Origin: Octopus sinensis
Lineage: Eukaryota
Assembly: GCF_006345805.1 (NCBI RefSeq)
Contig: NC_042998.1
Location: 26,226,001-26,290,000 of the forward strand
Direction of reading: 5' to 3'
DNA: 64,000 bases
Part shown: piece by piece, positions 47,487-61,584 of the stretch
Position numbering within the stretch: the stretch's first letter is position 1
Layout of the letters: each line of letters opens with the position of its first letter
Notes under the pieces: model-generated
Told to the model about the DNA's origin: nothing
Database searches by the model: none
What the model saw: only the letters and a program-made list of their open reading frames with translations
Program-made: the position numbers and the translations under genes

Positions 47487-47765
47487 AGGTGCGTGGCTTA
47501 GTGGTTAGGGCATTTGGCTCATGATTGTAAGGTTGTGAGTTCAAATTCCCAGTGATACATTGTGTCCTTGAGCAAGACACTTTATTTTGCATTGCTCCAG
47601 TCCACTCAACTGGCAAAAATGAATTGTACCTGTATTTCAAAGGGTTGGCCTTATCACACTCTGTGTCATGCTGAATCTCCCCGAGAACTACGTTAGGGGT
47701 ACATGTGTCTGTGGAGTGCTCAGCCACTTGCACGTTAATTTCACAAGCAAGCTGTTCCATTGATC
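47487..47765 (+). mobile_element. SINE with D-type head and E-type tail
   Basis: As 20055 and 58190. Confidence 0.85.
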
Positions 47766-48227
47766 GTATCATCATAACCAATGCAGTGCTCCTTTATGTA
47801 TGTGTATATATTTTGTGTAAATCTACACGTAATAATATGCGTGTAGCCACAAACGTGAATATACAAATTCTCATGCAAACACGCACACACAATGTGTGCA
47901 CATGAAAGCAAAGTTACAAGCAACACTTAGCCAAGAAACTGTCAAACATCTGAAGGTTTTGACCTTTGGGTCTTTTCAGCCATAGACACTCTTCCCTCAA
48001 AGCTATAGAAGTGTTACAACTTAAACAGTTTCAATAGAAGTTGACCTAGAATATTTGATTTTATATTATGGAGAGCAATTATTAGAAACAAACCAGCATT
48101 TTTCCTTAAGGGAAATCCCATATATGTTGTACACGTGATTTTATAATACAAACATTATCCTAGTGACTGTGGACATTCCTAACAAACTGATGACTTCATT
48201 ATAGTTATTATCATTGAAGGTGGTGGG

Positions 48228-48420
48228 ATGGCAGAATTGTTTAGAGACTGGACAAAATGCTTAGTGGTATTTCATCTGTCTTCGTGTTCTGAGTTCAAAT
48301 CTCACAGAGGTCGACTTTGCCTTTCATCCTTTCAGGGTCGATAAATTAAGTACCAGTGAAACACTGGGGTTGATGTAATCAATTAGTCCCCTCCCACCAA
48401 GATTTCAGGTCTTGTGCTTT
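48228..48420 (+). mobile_element. SINE family B
   Basis: Consensus match, TTTCAGGTCTTGTGC tail type. Confidence 0.85.
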
Positions 48421-48431
48421 TAATAGAAATT

Positions 48432-48470
<39 letters not shown>

Positions 48471-48477
48471 TGAAAAC

Positions 48478-48632
48478 TGGTTTATAGGGTTACCTTGGGT
48501 CTCTTCCTATAAAGAGTACTGCTTCCCCCTCCCTATTTTAGAGAGGCCATAGGCCAACAGGTCTTAGGGTCTGAAGATACACCATAAAAGTAACCTTTAT
48601 GGCAAGAAACCCAGGGCAACCCTATAAACTGG
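48478..48632. mobile_element. Small degenerate MITE
   Basis: TTTATAGGGTTACCTTGGGTCTCTT..TATAAAG versus reverse complement TTTATAGGGTTGCCCTGGGTTTCTT..CATAAAG; related sequence at ~5745. Confidence 0.5.
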
Positions 48633-48753
48633 CCTTCAATAATTGATAGAGAAGCACACTCTACTTCTTAGAGTGTACTTCTTCCCCAGATTTGTCTTTC
48701 TAAAAAAAAAATATCTACATATATGTATATATATATGTGTGTGTGTGTGTGTG

Positions 48754-48846
<93 letters not shown>

Positions 48847-48847
48847 G

Positions 48848-49078
48848 GTGGCCAGCTGGCAGAAACGTTAGCATGCTGGGCGAAATGCCTAGTGGTATTT
48901 CATCTGCCGTTACGCTCTGAGTTCAAATTCCGCTGAGGTCGACTTTGCCTTTCATCCCTTCGATGTTGATTAAATAAGTACCAGTTAATTACTGGGGTCA
49001 ATGTAATTGACTTAATCCCTTTGTCTCGACTTGTTTGTCCCCTCTATGTTTAGCCCCCTGTGGGCAATAAAGAAATAT
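48848..49078 (+). mobile_element. SINE family B, full length
   Basis: Consensus match. Confidence 0.9.
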
Positions 49079-49355
49079 ATATATGCAAACACACACACAC
49101 GCACACGCACACATATATATGGGTTTTATACAAGGCAAGGCCTATTTCTGTTATGTCTGTTACATTCGCTGTGCATGTTTCTTAATACAGAGAAATTTGT
49201 TGTTTTGGAGAATTATTAACTCCTATTTCTAGCAAGTGGTATTTCGGTACCCTATCTTATTTGTATATTTTACCAATTTAGGTTAAACTTGCTGGCCACT
49301 TTATTATTATTATTATTTTAATAATGGTAATAATACTTTATTTATGAAGGAAACA

Positions 49356-49797
49356 TGATGGCAGAATCATTAGCACACTGAACAAAATGCTTAGTGCCAT
49401 TTTGTCTATCTTTACAGTCTGAGTTCAAATTCTACAAAGGTCAACTTTACCTTTCATCCTTTCAGGGTCGTTAAAATAGGTACTAGTTGAGCACTGTGGG
49501 TGATGTGATTGACTTAACCCCCTCCCCTAAAATTTTTGGCCTTGTGCCAAAATTTGAAACCCTTATAGTTAATATTTATTTCTTTATTGCCCACAGGGGG
49601 CTAAACATAGAGGGGACAAACAAGGGATTAAGTCGATTACATCGACTCCAGTGTGTAACTGGTACTTATTTAATCGACCCTGAAAGGATGAAAGGCAGAG
49701 TCGACCTCAGTGGAATTTGAACTCAGAATGTACCAGCAGATGAAGTACCACTAAGCATTTCACCCAGCATGCTAATGTTTTTGCCAGCTCGCTGCCC
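49356..49797. mobile_element. Tail-to-tail pair of family B SINEs (+ 49356-49565, - 49575-49797)
   Basis: Both match B consensus in opposite orientation. Confidence 0.85.
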
Positions 49798-49929
49798 TAT
49801 AATTCATATTAAGATGCCAGTTGAGCATTGACACCCCTCCTCACAAATTTCTGACCTTGTGTCAAAAGAAGAAAGATTATTCTGAATTTTCATTCAAATA
49901 GAACCTGTATAGCTACAGTTTTATTTTTT

Positions 49930-50322
49930 TATTCTTTTATTCTTTTCCTTGTTTCAGTCATTTCACTATGGCCATGTTGGAGCACTGCTTTTAATCAAAC
50001 AAATCAACCCCAGGAACTTATTCTTTGTAAGCCTAGTACTTATTCTATCAGTCTCTTTTGCTGAACCACTAAGTTACGGGGATGTAAACACACCGGTATC
50101 GCTGGTCAAGTGATGATGAGGGGACAAACACGGACACACAAACACGCACACACACATATAACTGGCTTCTTTCAATTTCCGTCTACAAAATTCACTCAGA
50201 AGGCTTTGGTTGGCCCAAGGTTATAAAAGAAGACACTTGCCCAAGGTGCCATGCAGTGGGACTGAAACCGGAACCATGTGGTTGATAAGCAAGCTACTTA
50301 CCACACAGCCACAGCTGCACCT
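49930..50322 (-). mobile_element. SINE family A, full length
   Basis: Consensus match. Confidence 0.88.
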
Positions 50323-50744
50323 ATATCTAATTTTTATTCTGATTTCTATGTTTTTTGCTTTCTACATGCATCAGCTTATGAATTACAAGCAAGTTAAAGA
50401 AGTCTAGCACCGATGCCAAAAGAACTTCCTGAAAAGCACATTATTTTGTAAGATTTGCAAAGCAAATACCCCGCACCACCCACACCACAAAACCACTCCA
50501 TTGCTTAAAATGCTTACTAGCAAATAATGCATCAAAATATCGAGATTTATTGGAAGTTTAGAATGAAGATAATTCTAGAGCTATTTTAAAATGCCAAAAC
50601 TATATATAAATAAAAATGGTATAAACTACTCTTACTTCTGTCATAATAGCATTTCATTTGTTCTAAGATTTCTCTCAGGCATCATCCTTATCAAGCTATG
50701 CAACCATTAGAAAAACATTAAAATATTTTTTAAGATTTTAAAGT

Positions 50745-50782
50745 ATGTATATATATATATATACACATATATATATATATAC

Positions 50783-50825
<43 letters not shown>

Positions 50826-50973
50826 TATATACACATATATATATACACATATATATATATATATACACATATATATATACACATATATATATACATATAT
50901 ATATATACATATATATATATACATATATATATACATATATATTACATATATTATATACATATATATATATATA

Positions 50974-51033
<60 letters not shown>

Positions 51034-51185
51034 ATGTGTATGTTTGTATATACATTACATATATAATATATATGTATATGTGTATGCATGTGTGTGTGTG
51101 TGCATATATACATATATATATAGTGTATGTTTGTATATATATATATATTATATACATAATACATATGTAATATAAATAGTATATA
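50745..51185. repeat. (TA)n/(TACA) array
   Basis: Direct reading; explains IY-repeat ORFs. Confidence 0.95.
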
Positions 51186-51657
51186 ATGCCACACATCCAT
51201 TTTCAAGTAAGGTTTACCTTAATTTCAAAGTGACTGCATTCTATTACTATCTCTATTTCTATTTCTATTTCTCTTTCCCCTTTCATTTCCTCTCTCTTCC
51301 TTTCTCTAATTCTTTTTATCTCCTTTTCTTCCCCTTTCATTTTTTTTTCACTCTCATCCTTTCTCTAATTCCTTTCCTCTCCCGTTTGCTGTTCTCTATC
51401 TGTCCTTCTCTCCCTCACTCTTCCACCTTTGCTCTCGTTACTTGCATGTGACCATCCGCCATCTTTTTTTCCTAACTTGAATTTCTTTCTTTCCTTCTCA
51501 TCAGCCACAAGGATAAGATGCATTCTTGTCTGTCCCCTGTCAGACCATGTTCCTCCAGCATTCACCACTTCACCTCGTTTAGGCTTAGCAGCCCTTCCTG
51601 TTTGTTTTCACTGTCCTGTTTTTGTTACCAACCTAATACAGGCGTCATGCAATCTGC

Positions 51658-51912
51658 CCATCATCATCATCATCATTGTCATCATTGTCGTTTAACATCT
51701 TTCTATGCTGGCATGGGTTGGATGGTTTGACTGAGGAATGGCAAGCCAGGGGGATGCACCGGGCTCCAGTCTGATCTGGCAAAGTTTCTACAGCTGGATG
51801 CCCTTCCTAACGCCAACCACTCTGAGAGTGTAGAGGGTGCTTTTTAGGAACTACCAGCATGGGTGCCAGTCAGGCGACACTGGCATCGGTCATGTTTGAA
51901 TGGTGCTTTTTA
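51658..51912 (-). mobile_element. Family C (RTE 3' end)
   Basis: Consensus match with (CAT)n. Confidence 0.88.
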
Positions 51913-53069
51913 TATAATTAAATTCTGAAAATTTTTAAATATTTATATTCTAAAGCTAATTTAAGAATAACAATGGAACATTCACTGCTGAAGTAACTCA
52001 TTACTGAGATCAGAAATAGATTTATCATTAAGTCCAAGTTAACTGGGACTCCAAGTTATAACTTATCAGTTTCTTTCTTCAATGAAGAAAGCTTTACCTT
52101 GCATAATACATGAATGTTGTCCTAGTCGACTTAAGCTTCACTATATATGTGTAAGTATATGTATGTGTGATTATATATGCACGTGTGTGTGTGCGTTACA
52201 TTGATTTTACAATTACTTTTTTAAGTGTGAAAACGAACAGGGACAGGTAGAAAGAAACCAAACTCAAGTTTGCTATCTTTTTAATCATCTCTAATTATTT
52301 TCATTGTTAATTCTATTATTCAATATTCTTTAGTCTTCTTCTTCACATAAATATCTTAGATAATCTGCAATCGGCATTTATTTCAGCAGTTTCTTTTTAT
52401 TCAATAATTCTAAGTTTAAATTTTTCTTTATATAAATTTGCAAAGCATTATCTACAGATGTATAGAATTTATCTAAACATTATCTACAGATGTTTCATAT
52501 ACTTTCTCTTTAAATATATTACGCATAATACAGGGGAGTCAATGATCTAATTTCTTATCACTGTGTACTTAAGTTTATAAGAACATTTTTTTGCTGTACT
52601 TATTTATATTTATTCATTTATTTTTTCTATACTTAATTCAGTTTAACCAAATATTTAGATTATCTTTATAGTTATGTGTGTGAATTTGTGAATAGTTCAG
52701 TAATTGAGATGTTACACAAGTAAACAAAAACAAAAAGAAAATGAATTGAGAAATTACTGGACATATTTTATAAGTTTGTAGATGGTATTTTATTTATATT
52801 TAGTTTACTTATATACATATTCTCTTAACAGGGTGTGTGCCTGGCATTTTAATAAAAACCATCTGGCAACTACAATTACATTTCAATTTCATGTTGTTAT
52901 TACTGCTGTTGTTTAATTCCAGGTCAACCCTGGTTGAAAAGACCAGTGGTTCTCAACCAATCTTTTCATCTATGGATCCTTTTGATTTCTATTTTAGTCT
53001 TCTGAGCCCTCCTGGCCATTCAATGCTTAAAGAATCCTATTGTGTTATTTTTTATATAATAAAATATTA

Positions 53070-53295
53070 ACGGAGGAGTGGCTGTGTGGTATGTAGCTTG
53101 CTTATGAACTACATGGTTCCCGGTTCAGTCCCACTACATGGCACCTTTGGGCAAGTCTCTTCTACTATAGCCTCAGGCTGACCAAAGCCTTGTGAGTGGA
53201 TTTTGTAGATGGAAACTGAAAGAAGCCCGTTGTATATATGTATATATATATATATATATACATAATACATATATATATATTTGTATATATATATA

Positions 53296-53353
<58 letters not shown>

Positions 53354-53545
53354 TATATGTATGTATGTGTGTATGTGTTTGTGCATCTGTGTTTGTCCTC
53401 ACAGCATCGCTTGACAACCGATGCTGGTGTGTTTACATCCCTGTAACTTAGCAGTTCAGCAAAAGAGACCGATAAAATAAGTACTAGGCTTACAAAGAAT
53501 AAGTCCTGGGGGCGATTTGCTCAACTAAAGGCGGTGCTCCAGCAA
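53070..53545 (+). mobile_element. SINE family A
   Basis: Consensus match with expanded (TA)n. Confidence 0.88.
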
Positions 53546-54177
53546 GAATAAAATAAGAAAGGGATCATGCTAAATGGAAGAATATTTTAAAATTTATACG
53601 GAACACCATATTCCCTCACAATAGATATACCATTACAAAGGCGGAGAATTCATTCTATAGAAATAACTGGCTGAAATTAAGTCTTCTCCTGTCAAAACAA
53701 TGATGCCAGAAATCTTTGTAATAACCTTAACGAATAATGGTAAATGTTAATGAGCCATTCTCATACATACATGCTGTTGGTCCAATTAGGAAACCACTCA
53801 ATGTTCATAATTAAATAATTTTGCCTAAATAATGGTTTTAAATCATGTTCCAAATATCAATTTAATAAGGAAAAAGTTAGTTATTTTAATAACTCCCTAT
53901 TGAAAATTTTAAAAATTAATTAATGTTTCATGAGAAAATGGTCACATATGGTTTAGTACTTCATAACAGATGTAATCTTGGCAACTAAAAACAACTACTC
54001 AAATTAAGAACACAAATTTGAACATATTTGTTCTCAGAATTCTTTTTTCTTGATTGTTTTTGTTTTTGCATTTCAAAAACTGGAAATAAAGAATTCATAC
54101 ATTTAAGAACTAACAGTGATTTTACATGTATACACGCACATACATTCACACACACACATTCATGCACACACATATTC

Positions 54178-55030
54178 CTTTTTATTTTTTACTTGTTTCA
54201 ATCTTTTGACAGCAGTCATGCTGGAGCACCAACTTAAAGGGTTTTAGTCAAAGATATCGACCCCAGGACTTATTCTTTGTAAGCCTAGTACTTATTCTAT
54301 TGATCTATTTCGCCAAACCGCAAAGTTATAGGGATGTAAAAATACCGACACCGGTTATCAAACGATGGTGGGGGGACAAACACAGACACAAAAATACAGA
54401 AACATAAATATATATATATATATGATTCAGATGAATATGGTACTTAAGTTAAAGGCACCAGGATTTTGTATGGTATTATCCATATAAATCAAAAGAGGTG
54501 ATTATAATCAAAATAAGCAACAAGGATATCCAAGGTATATATATATATCATCATCATCATCATCGTCGTCGTTTAACTCCGTTCTCCATGCTAGCATGGG
54601 TTGGACGGTTCGACCGGGGTTCTGGGAAGCCAGAAGGCTGCACAGGTCCAGTCTAATCTGGCAATGTTTCTACAGCTGGATGCCTTCCTAACGCCAACCA
54701 CTCCGTGAGTGTAGTGGGTGCTTTTATACGTGCCACCTGCAAGTGCCAAGCGGGGTGGCAACGGCCACGGTCAGATAGGTGTATTTTATGTGCCACCGGC
54801 ACGGAAGCCAGTCGAGGCGGTGTGGCATCGGCCCACGGGTCGGATAATATATATATATATATATACATATATATAAAACAGGCTTCTTTCTTTTTTCCAT
54901 CTACCAAATCCACTCACAAGGCTTTGATCGGCCTAAGGCTATAGTAGAAGACATTTGCCCAAGGTGCCATACAGTGGGACTGAACCCGAAACCATGTGGT
55001 TGGGAAGCAAGTTTCTTACCACACAGCCAT
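54178..55030 (-). mobile_element. SINE family A split by inserts including family C (54548-54845)
   Basis: 3' half 54178-54420, 5' half 54878-55030. Confidence 0.8.
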
Positions 55031-55370
55031 GACAACAAGAAAAGGCATAAATATTAGGCTTCACATATTTCTTTATTTCTACACTCTTTGACTTATAGTT
55101 GTTTTTGTTATGCATTACAGGTGTGATCATGGTTCTGTTTATTCAATTTATTGATTGACAGAGAAAATTGAATGAACTTAACAAATGCCATCGTTGTCAG
55201 AGTCCGATGTATATGATGATGATCATCATCATTTAATGTCCATTTTCCATGTTGGCATGGGTTGGATGGTTTGACTGGAGCTGGCAAGGCCAGGGGTTGC
55301 ACCTGGTTCCATTGTCTGTTTTGGCTTGGTATACATACATACATACATACATACATACATACATGCACAC

Positions 55371-55401
<31 letters not shown>

Positions 55402-55597
55402 ACATGCCTACATACATACACACATACATACATATATTTGTATGAATGTATATATGTATCTATATGTGTATATAGGTATGTATATATGTATACACGTATA
55501 TAAATCATATATGTGTAAATATAAGTACATATATATCTATATTTCTATGTGAATGTATGTGTGCATGTGTGTGTTTACATATATATATATGCATATT

Positions 55598-55630
<33 letters not shown>

Positions 55631-55700
55631 TCATCATCGTTTAAGCAGACATTAAATGATGATGATGATTATGATGACGGTATATATATATATATATATC

Positions 55701-55733
<33 letters not shown>

Positions 55734-55799
55734 TGATATATGTATATATCTCAAGGGAGTTCAAGTTAAAGAATGCCAACACTAATTTAGAGGGTGTGA

Positions 55800-56250
55800 G
55801 ATTTAAAGTAGAAACAAAAAGAAAATGCCATTATCAGACAGAAAAGTACAGGCAGTGTTTGTATGCAAGTAATACAAGAAAGAGCTACAAGCGTTATAGT
55901 AATACTCCATATATACTGGTAATTACAGTTTATAAGGCTTTAGCAGATGCAGCCTATATCGCAAACAGAAAATTGCAGTAATAGTTTCCTTGAAGATGTA
56001 ATATGATCCAGCTATTTATGACTTCTTATCAATTGCTAGCAGAAGGAAATACTGTGTTCAGGTTGTTAGAATCAGCAATGACTAAAGCAGATTTAAATTA
56101 CTCCAGCTTGTTAATGAAATATTTTAGCATGGAAATGAAGATTATATCCTCTCAGAGATATAATATCATTTTCAATATTGCAATGAAATATAACAAATTA
56201 CAGTAGAAAAGTTGGAACTATTGAGTGCAATGATATGATTATCATTGTCT
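55800..56250 (+). pseudogene. Possible very old hAT-type transposase fossil
   Basis: Across frames PLSDRKV, ALADAAYIAN, IYDFL resemble hAT PLS..TV, LDESTDIAN, EDFL in order; weak. Confidence 0.2.
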
Positions 56251-56759
56251 CTCAATGCGAGCAGAAAAACTAGAGACGTATAATGAGTCTAATTATGGAG
56301 AATGGTTGGGAAGGTGTATCTTGGATTTTCAATAATTAGAGATATTGGATAAATGGTGGTTAGAACTGACCTGAAATGAGTTAAAATTAAAATAGATAAA
56401 CATAGCTTGAAGAACCATATTTGAATGTAGCTTAAAAAAAACTCTGACTGCAAAACATGTGAATGGCAATGGTTAATTTCAGATGCTCAAACAAACCCTG
56501 TTATTAAACTAAAAGTACATCAAATGAAGAAGAAAAAAAATATCATTCAAATAACTCAATGTCTCTGTGGCTAATAAATTTACTTTGTAACCAAGTGGTT
56601 CTGGGTTCAGACCTAAAGTGTAACAGCAGGGGAAAGTGTCTTCTACCAATACCCACAGTCTAACTTGTACTTTCTGAGTGAAATTTGGTTTGTGTAACTA
56701 GCATGGAAGTTCATTGTCTTATATGGTGGTGGAAATTCTGGCAGAGGATTGTTAAATAG

Positions 56760-56975
56760 TACATCATTATCACTCGTCATCTTTATCATTCATCATCAAC
56801 ACTCATCATCCTCATTCATCATCATCATCACTCATCATTACCCATTATCATCACTCATCATCACTCGTTGTCACTCATCATCACCACTCATCATCATCAT
56901 CACTCATCATTATCATCACTCATCACTCCTCATCATTGTCATCATCATCCCTCATCATTATCATCACCATCATTT
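56760..56975. repeat. Imperfect (TCA)n array continuing into a family C stub (to ~57105)
   Basis: Direct reading. Confidence 0.9.
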
Positions 56976-57107
56976 AACATCCATTTTCCATGCTGGATGA
57001 GTTGGAGACTCTGACAGGAGCTGTCAAGCCAGAGAGCTGCACCGGGCTCCACTAGTCTGTTTTGGCATGGTTTCTATGGCTGCCAACCATTTTACAGAGC
57101 TGGATGG

Positions 57108-57382
57108 ATTCGGATGAAACTTTCAGGGATGTTTGGCCCCATGACTGGCATGAACTGATTAGATTTGAGGATCCATCCGCTACCAGACAAGATGTTGGAT
57201 TATTTTTCCAGTTTTTTTACTTAATTTTTGAGAGCAGTCAGGTTCATTTTTAGCATTCTCATTTGTGAGAGCAGTCGAGTCTATTTCAGATATTCTCATT
57301 TTAAAAATCATCTTTGGCTAATCATTGGGAGGACGTTGGTATTGCCTCAGTAGAGGTTTGTGCTCTTTGAGTGCTCTTGTTA
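57108..57382 (+). mobile_element. Helentron-associated (HINE-type) element 3' part
   Basis: Ends ..AGAGGTTTGTGCTCTTTGAGTGCTCTTGTT, a subterminal-IR plus GCTCT/GAGTGC hairpin layout recalled for HINEs. Confidence 0.45.
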
Positions 57383-57639
57383 TTATTATCATTACTATAC
57401 CACCGAAGTCAACTTCACTTTTCGTCCTTATAGAACAAAAACTTCTGGATGTTATCCATAGTCTCCTGGATAGAATGACTGGCGTTTTTATTGGGGCATT
57501 CCAAGTTTGGGATTAATCTACAGGTGTGGAGTCATGAAACCATGTTGCAGACATTCATTTGCTACCCAAGCATTGCTGGCTCATGGAATTACTTTTGTGT
57601 GCAGTTATTTTCCATGGCAGTTTTTTTTTTATATATATA

Positions 57640-58054
57640 CTCTCTCTTTTACTCTTTTACTTGTTTCAGTCATTTGACTGCAGCCATGCTGGAGCACCGC
57701 CTCTAATTGAGCAACTTGACCCCGGGACTTATTCTTTTGTAAGCCCAGTACTTATTCTATCGGTCTCTTTTGCCGAACCGCTAAGTAACGGGGACGTAAA
57801 CACACCAGCATCGGTTGTCAAGCAATGCTAGAGGGACAAACACAGACACACAAGCATACACGCACACACATATATATATATACATATATACGACAGGCTT
57901 CTTTCAGTTTCCGTCTACCAAATCCACTCACAAGGCATTGGTCGGCCCGGGGCTATAGCAGAAGACACTTGCCCAAGGTGCCACGCTGTGGGACTGAACC
58001 CGGAACCATGTGGTTGGTTAGCAAGCTACTTACCACACAGCCACTCCTGCACCT
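57640..58054 (-). mobile_element. SINE family A, full length
   Basis: Consensus match. Confidence 0.92.
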
Positions 58055-58189
58055 ATAAGATATATATAATAATTGCACTAAAACTCTCATTGCTTTACTA
58101 ATTTCTTATTGTAGTGTCCTTTCATTCACTATCCTTGAGGTAAAGAAAAGAAATCATTATTTTATGTTATATACACATGTCATGTATGC

Positions 58190-58480
58190 ATATGGCTTAG
58201 TGGATAGGGAATTCGATTCATGACTCTATGGTCATGAGTTCAATTCCCAACAACACCTTGTGTCCTTCAACAAGAAATTTTATTTCCCGTTGCTCCAGTC
58301 CATTCAGCTGGCAAAAATGAGTTGTACCTGTGTTTCAAAAGGCCAGCCGTGTCACATTCTGTGTCATGCTGAATTTCCCTGAGAACTACATTAAGGGTAT
58401 GCTTGTCAGTGGAGTACTCAGCCACCTGCATGTTAATTTTATGAGCAGGGTGTTCTGTTGATCAGATCAACTGGAACCCT
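58190..58480 (+). mobile_element. SINE with D-type head and E-type tail
   Basis: As 47487. Confidence 0.8.
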
Positions 58481-58605
58481 TTTCTGGTTTTCTTTTTTCC
58501 TTTTTATACAGAGGTAAATTCTTTAAAATTTGAATCTATGATTTTCATTTGATTTCCATTTGAAAATCTCTATTTCCTTAGAAAAATAATAACATCAAAA
58601 CTACA

Positions 58606-59006
58606 TCTCTTTTACTCTTACTTGTTTCAGTCATTTGACTGTAGCCATGCTGGGGCACCACCTTGAGGAAATCATCCCCAGGACTTATTCTTTGTAAGCT
58701 GAGTACTTATTCTATCGGTCTCTTTTGCCGAACTGCTAAGTTACGGGGACGTAAACACACCAGCATCAGTTGTCAAGTGATGTTGGTGGGGACAAACGCA
58801 GACACACAAGCACACACACATATATACACAAGCATATATATATGACAGGCTTCTTTCAGTTTCCGTCTACCAAATCCACTCACAAGGCTTTGGTCAGCCT
58901 GGAGCTATAGTAGAAGACACTTGCCCAAGGTGCCACGCAGTGGGACTGATCCTGGAACCATGTGGTTGCTAAGCAAGCTTCTTACCACACAGCCACTCCT
59001 GCGCCT
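58606..59006 (-). mobile_element. SINE family A, full length
   Basis: Consensus match. Confidence 0.9.
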
Positions 59007-59187
59007 ATATCCAATCTCCTGAAAACCTGAGAGGCTTTAAAACAATCACTATGTCACTCAATTTTAAGCTTCCACCTTCCACAGCATGTAACTAATTTTA
59101 TCCACAGTCAATTAGTTACGTTGATTTTTAGATGTAATATTGTCTCATAAGCCATTATATAATGCAAAGTAAATTTAAATGCTTTAT

Positions 59188-59613
59188 AGGTGCAGGAGTG
59201 GCTGTGTGGTAAGTAGCTTGCTTACCAACCACATGGTTCCGCGTTCAGTCCCACTGCATGGCAAGTGTCTTCTGCTATAGCCCCGGGCCGACCAATGCCT
59301 TGTGAGTGGACTTGGTAGATTGAAACTGAAAGAAGCCTGTCGTATATATGTATATATATGTAGACATATGTATATATGTGTGTGTGTGTATTTGTGTGTC
59401 TGTGTTTGTCCCCCTAGCATTGCTTGACAACCGATGCTGGTGTGTTTACATCCCCGTCACTTAGCGGTTCGGCAAAAGAGACCGATAGAATAAGTACTGG
59501 GCTTACAAAGAATAAGTCCCGGGGTCGATTTGCTCGACTAAAGGCGGTGCTCCAGCATGGCCACAGTCAAATGACTGAAACAAGTAAAAGAGTAAAGAGT
59601 AAAAGAGTAAGAG
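59188..59613 (+). mobile_element. SINE family A, full length
   Basis: Consensus match. Confidence 0.92.
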
Positions 59614-60880
59614 TATAATATTTTTTCTTTAGTTTATAAAGGTCACAAACTAAGATGTAAAACCAAGAAGATAAAAATTAATTAAAAATTCAATCATTAA
59701 TTTTGATATTGTTACATTTGTCCTACATAATATAGCCAGTATATATTTTTCAGTGACACCTGCAATAATTACTAACCAGACCCTAATTCAATAGATTCCT
59801 TCTAATTAACAACATCATCGTTAACTTTTAAAAATAGACATAAAAGAATTAACGGTTGGTTGTTATTTACTTTAATTAGGAAATACTGGAATAAAGATTA
59901 TTGGAATTATTTTAGACAGACAAACCAATGGAAAATATTTTGGAATTATTTGACTGGAAGGTGAAAATGTTATTTAAAGTTAAAATAAGAAAACAATTGT
60001 CGGACATACTATAAAGTGGTTGTTATTATTATCATTATCCTATATTAATTATTTTTAATATGTGTGCGTGTGTGTGTGTGTAGAATTTATTATCATTTTA
60101 TATATTAATCTAAGAATTCACCTTATTATTTTTATAAAACATTTTGGATATGTTACTTAAACTCATGTTTAAGGTCATCCAGTATAATTGATATGACAAG
60201 CTAAAATGTATTTTTCCATGAATCCTTTAGAAACCAACTCCCCCAAATCTTTTTACTTTCAGACTCTACTCAAATTTCTTTTCCATTATTCGGTAAAATA
60301 CTGAAACAAAATCTTTTTGTTAGATCTAATTACAATATGACAAGATAATTTTGTTATTCAAATTGAAACAATGCAGGAATAAAATATTTTCCTTTTTTAT
60401 TTTAATTTCGCTACTTAACTATAACCTCAATATTACGCTCATAAAAATCTATTTTCCTAATACAAAATGATCTTTGTTCATAATACTGATATCTAAAAAA
60501 ACCAAGAATTTTGTTAAAGCTAGTCATCCTGTCTACAAATCCCATATGAGGTCAAGTATGGAATAATATTCCTCACTCACTTCATAATTCTAGGGAGAAA
60601 TACTAAAATTAAGGTTAAATATTTTGTGAGTGACTCTACTTATCTGTTTCTCTTCTGTGCTTGATCTGATATTATTATTGTTTTTAAAACATCAACTCCA
60701 AACATAACACCAGACAGCTGTAAGAGTAGCTTCCCTGACGTACACTGCTAATCAAAGAATTTCTTTAACTGGGCAGGAATATTTAGAAATTGTGACTTCT
60801 ACCAAATTAGTTGATTTTTATGATATATATATATATATCACCTGCCTTCATCTTTTGTTTATTTTCGTAAACCTTCCCGT

Positions 60881-60918
<38 letters not shown>

Positions 60919-60948
60919 TATATATAAGAGACCAAAGTGTACGTACAC

Positions 60949-60984
<36 letters not shown>

Positions 60985-61009
<25 letters not shown>

Positions 61010-61385
61010 CAAAATGGGACAAGAATGCAAAATATCCAGACAGTTAGGTGATACAAAAAAGGGACAACAAAACATCCAGATAGACGAAACAAAGAAAACA
61101 AGACGGGTCATTCAAAGTTTACTTTCGTCAGTCGAGTACCAGATTATCTTCGCAATTTCAGCTGATTATACTCAAGATAGCTCCAATCTGGCCAGCCCTA
61201 AGAAAAAACTAAGCTAAGAGCATTAGATTCCTTGGAAGAAAGCAGCGAATGTATACGAAAACAAGGACAGAAAAAAAACGGAGAATGTTACACAAATACA
61301 AATAACAAAACATAACAACAGGTGTCTTTCAACTAAGGACGAATTGAATTAAGATAGTGTCAAAAAGTAAATAGAAACTACACGT
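60985..61385 (-). mobile_element. Penelope-like remnant (tentative)
   Basis: Abuts (TA)n; contains CUGACGA hammerhead-like core at 61099-61134; no ORF. Confidence 0.3.
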
Positions 61386-61584
61386 GGAAAAGATATGGGG
61401 ATAGTAAGAAGAAAAAAAGCAAAAATGCACATTGAATATCAAAAAAATAATGGCTTTTTTATGAAAAGTAGCGATAAATAAATACAATTAGATGAACTGA
61501 GGTAGATTTAAGAAGAATTAAATTCATTATTTTGAACTGTTAAAGTCAAACCAGTATCATCATTGCTGTTCACTGGCTTTATAG

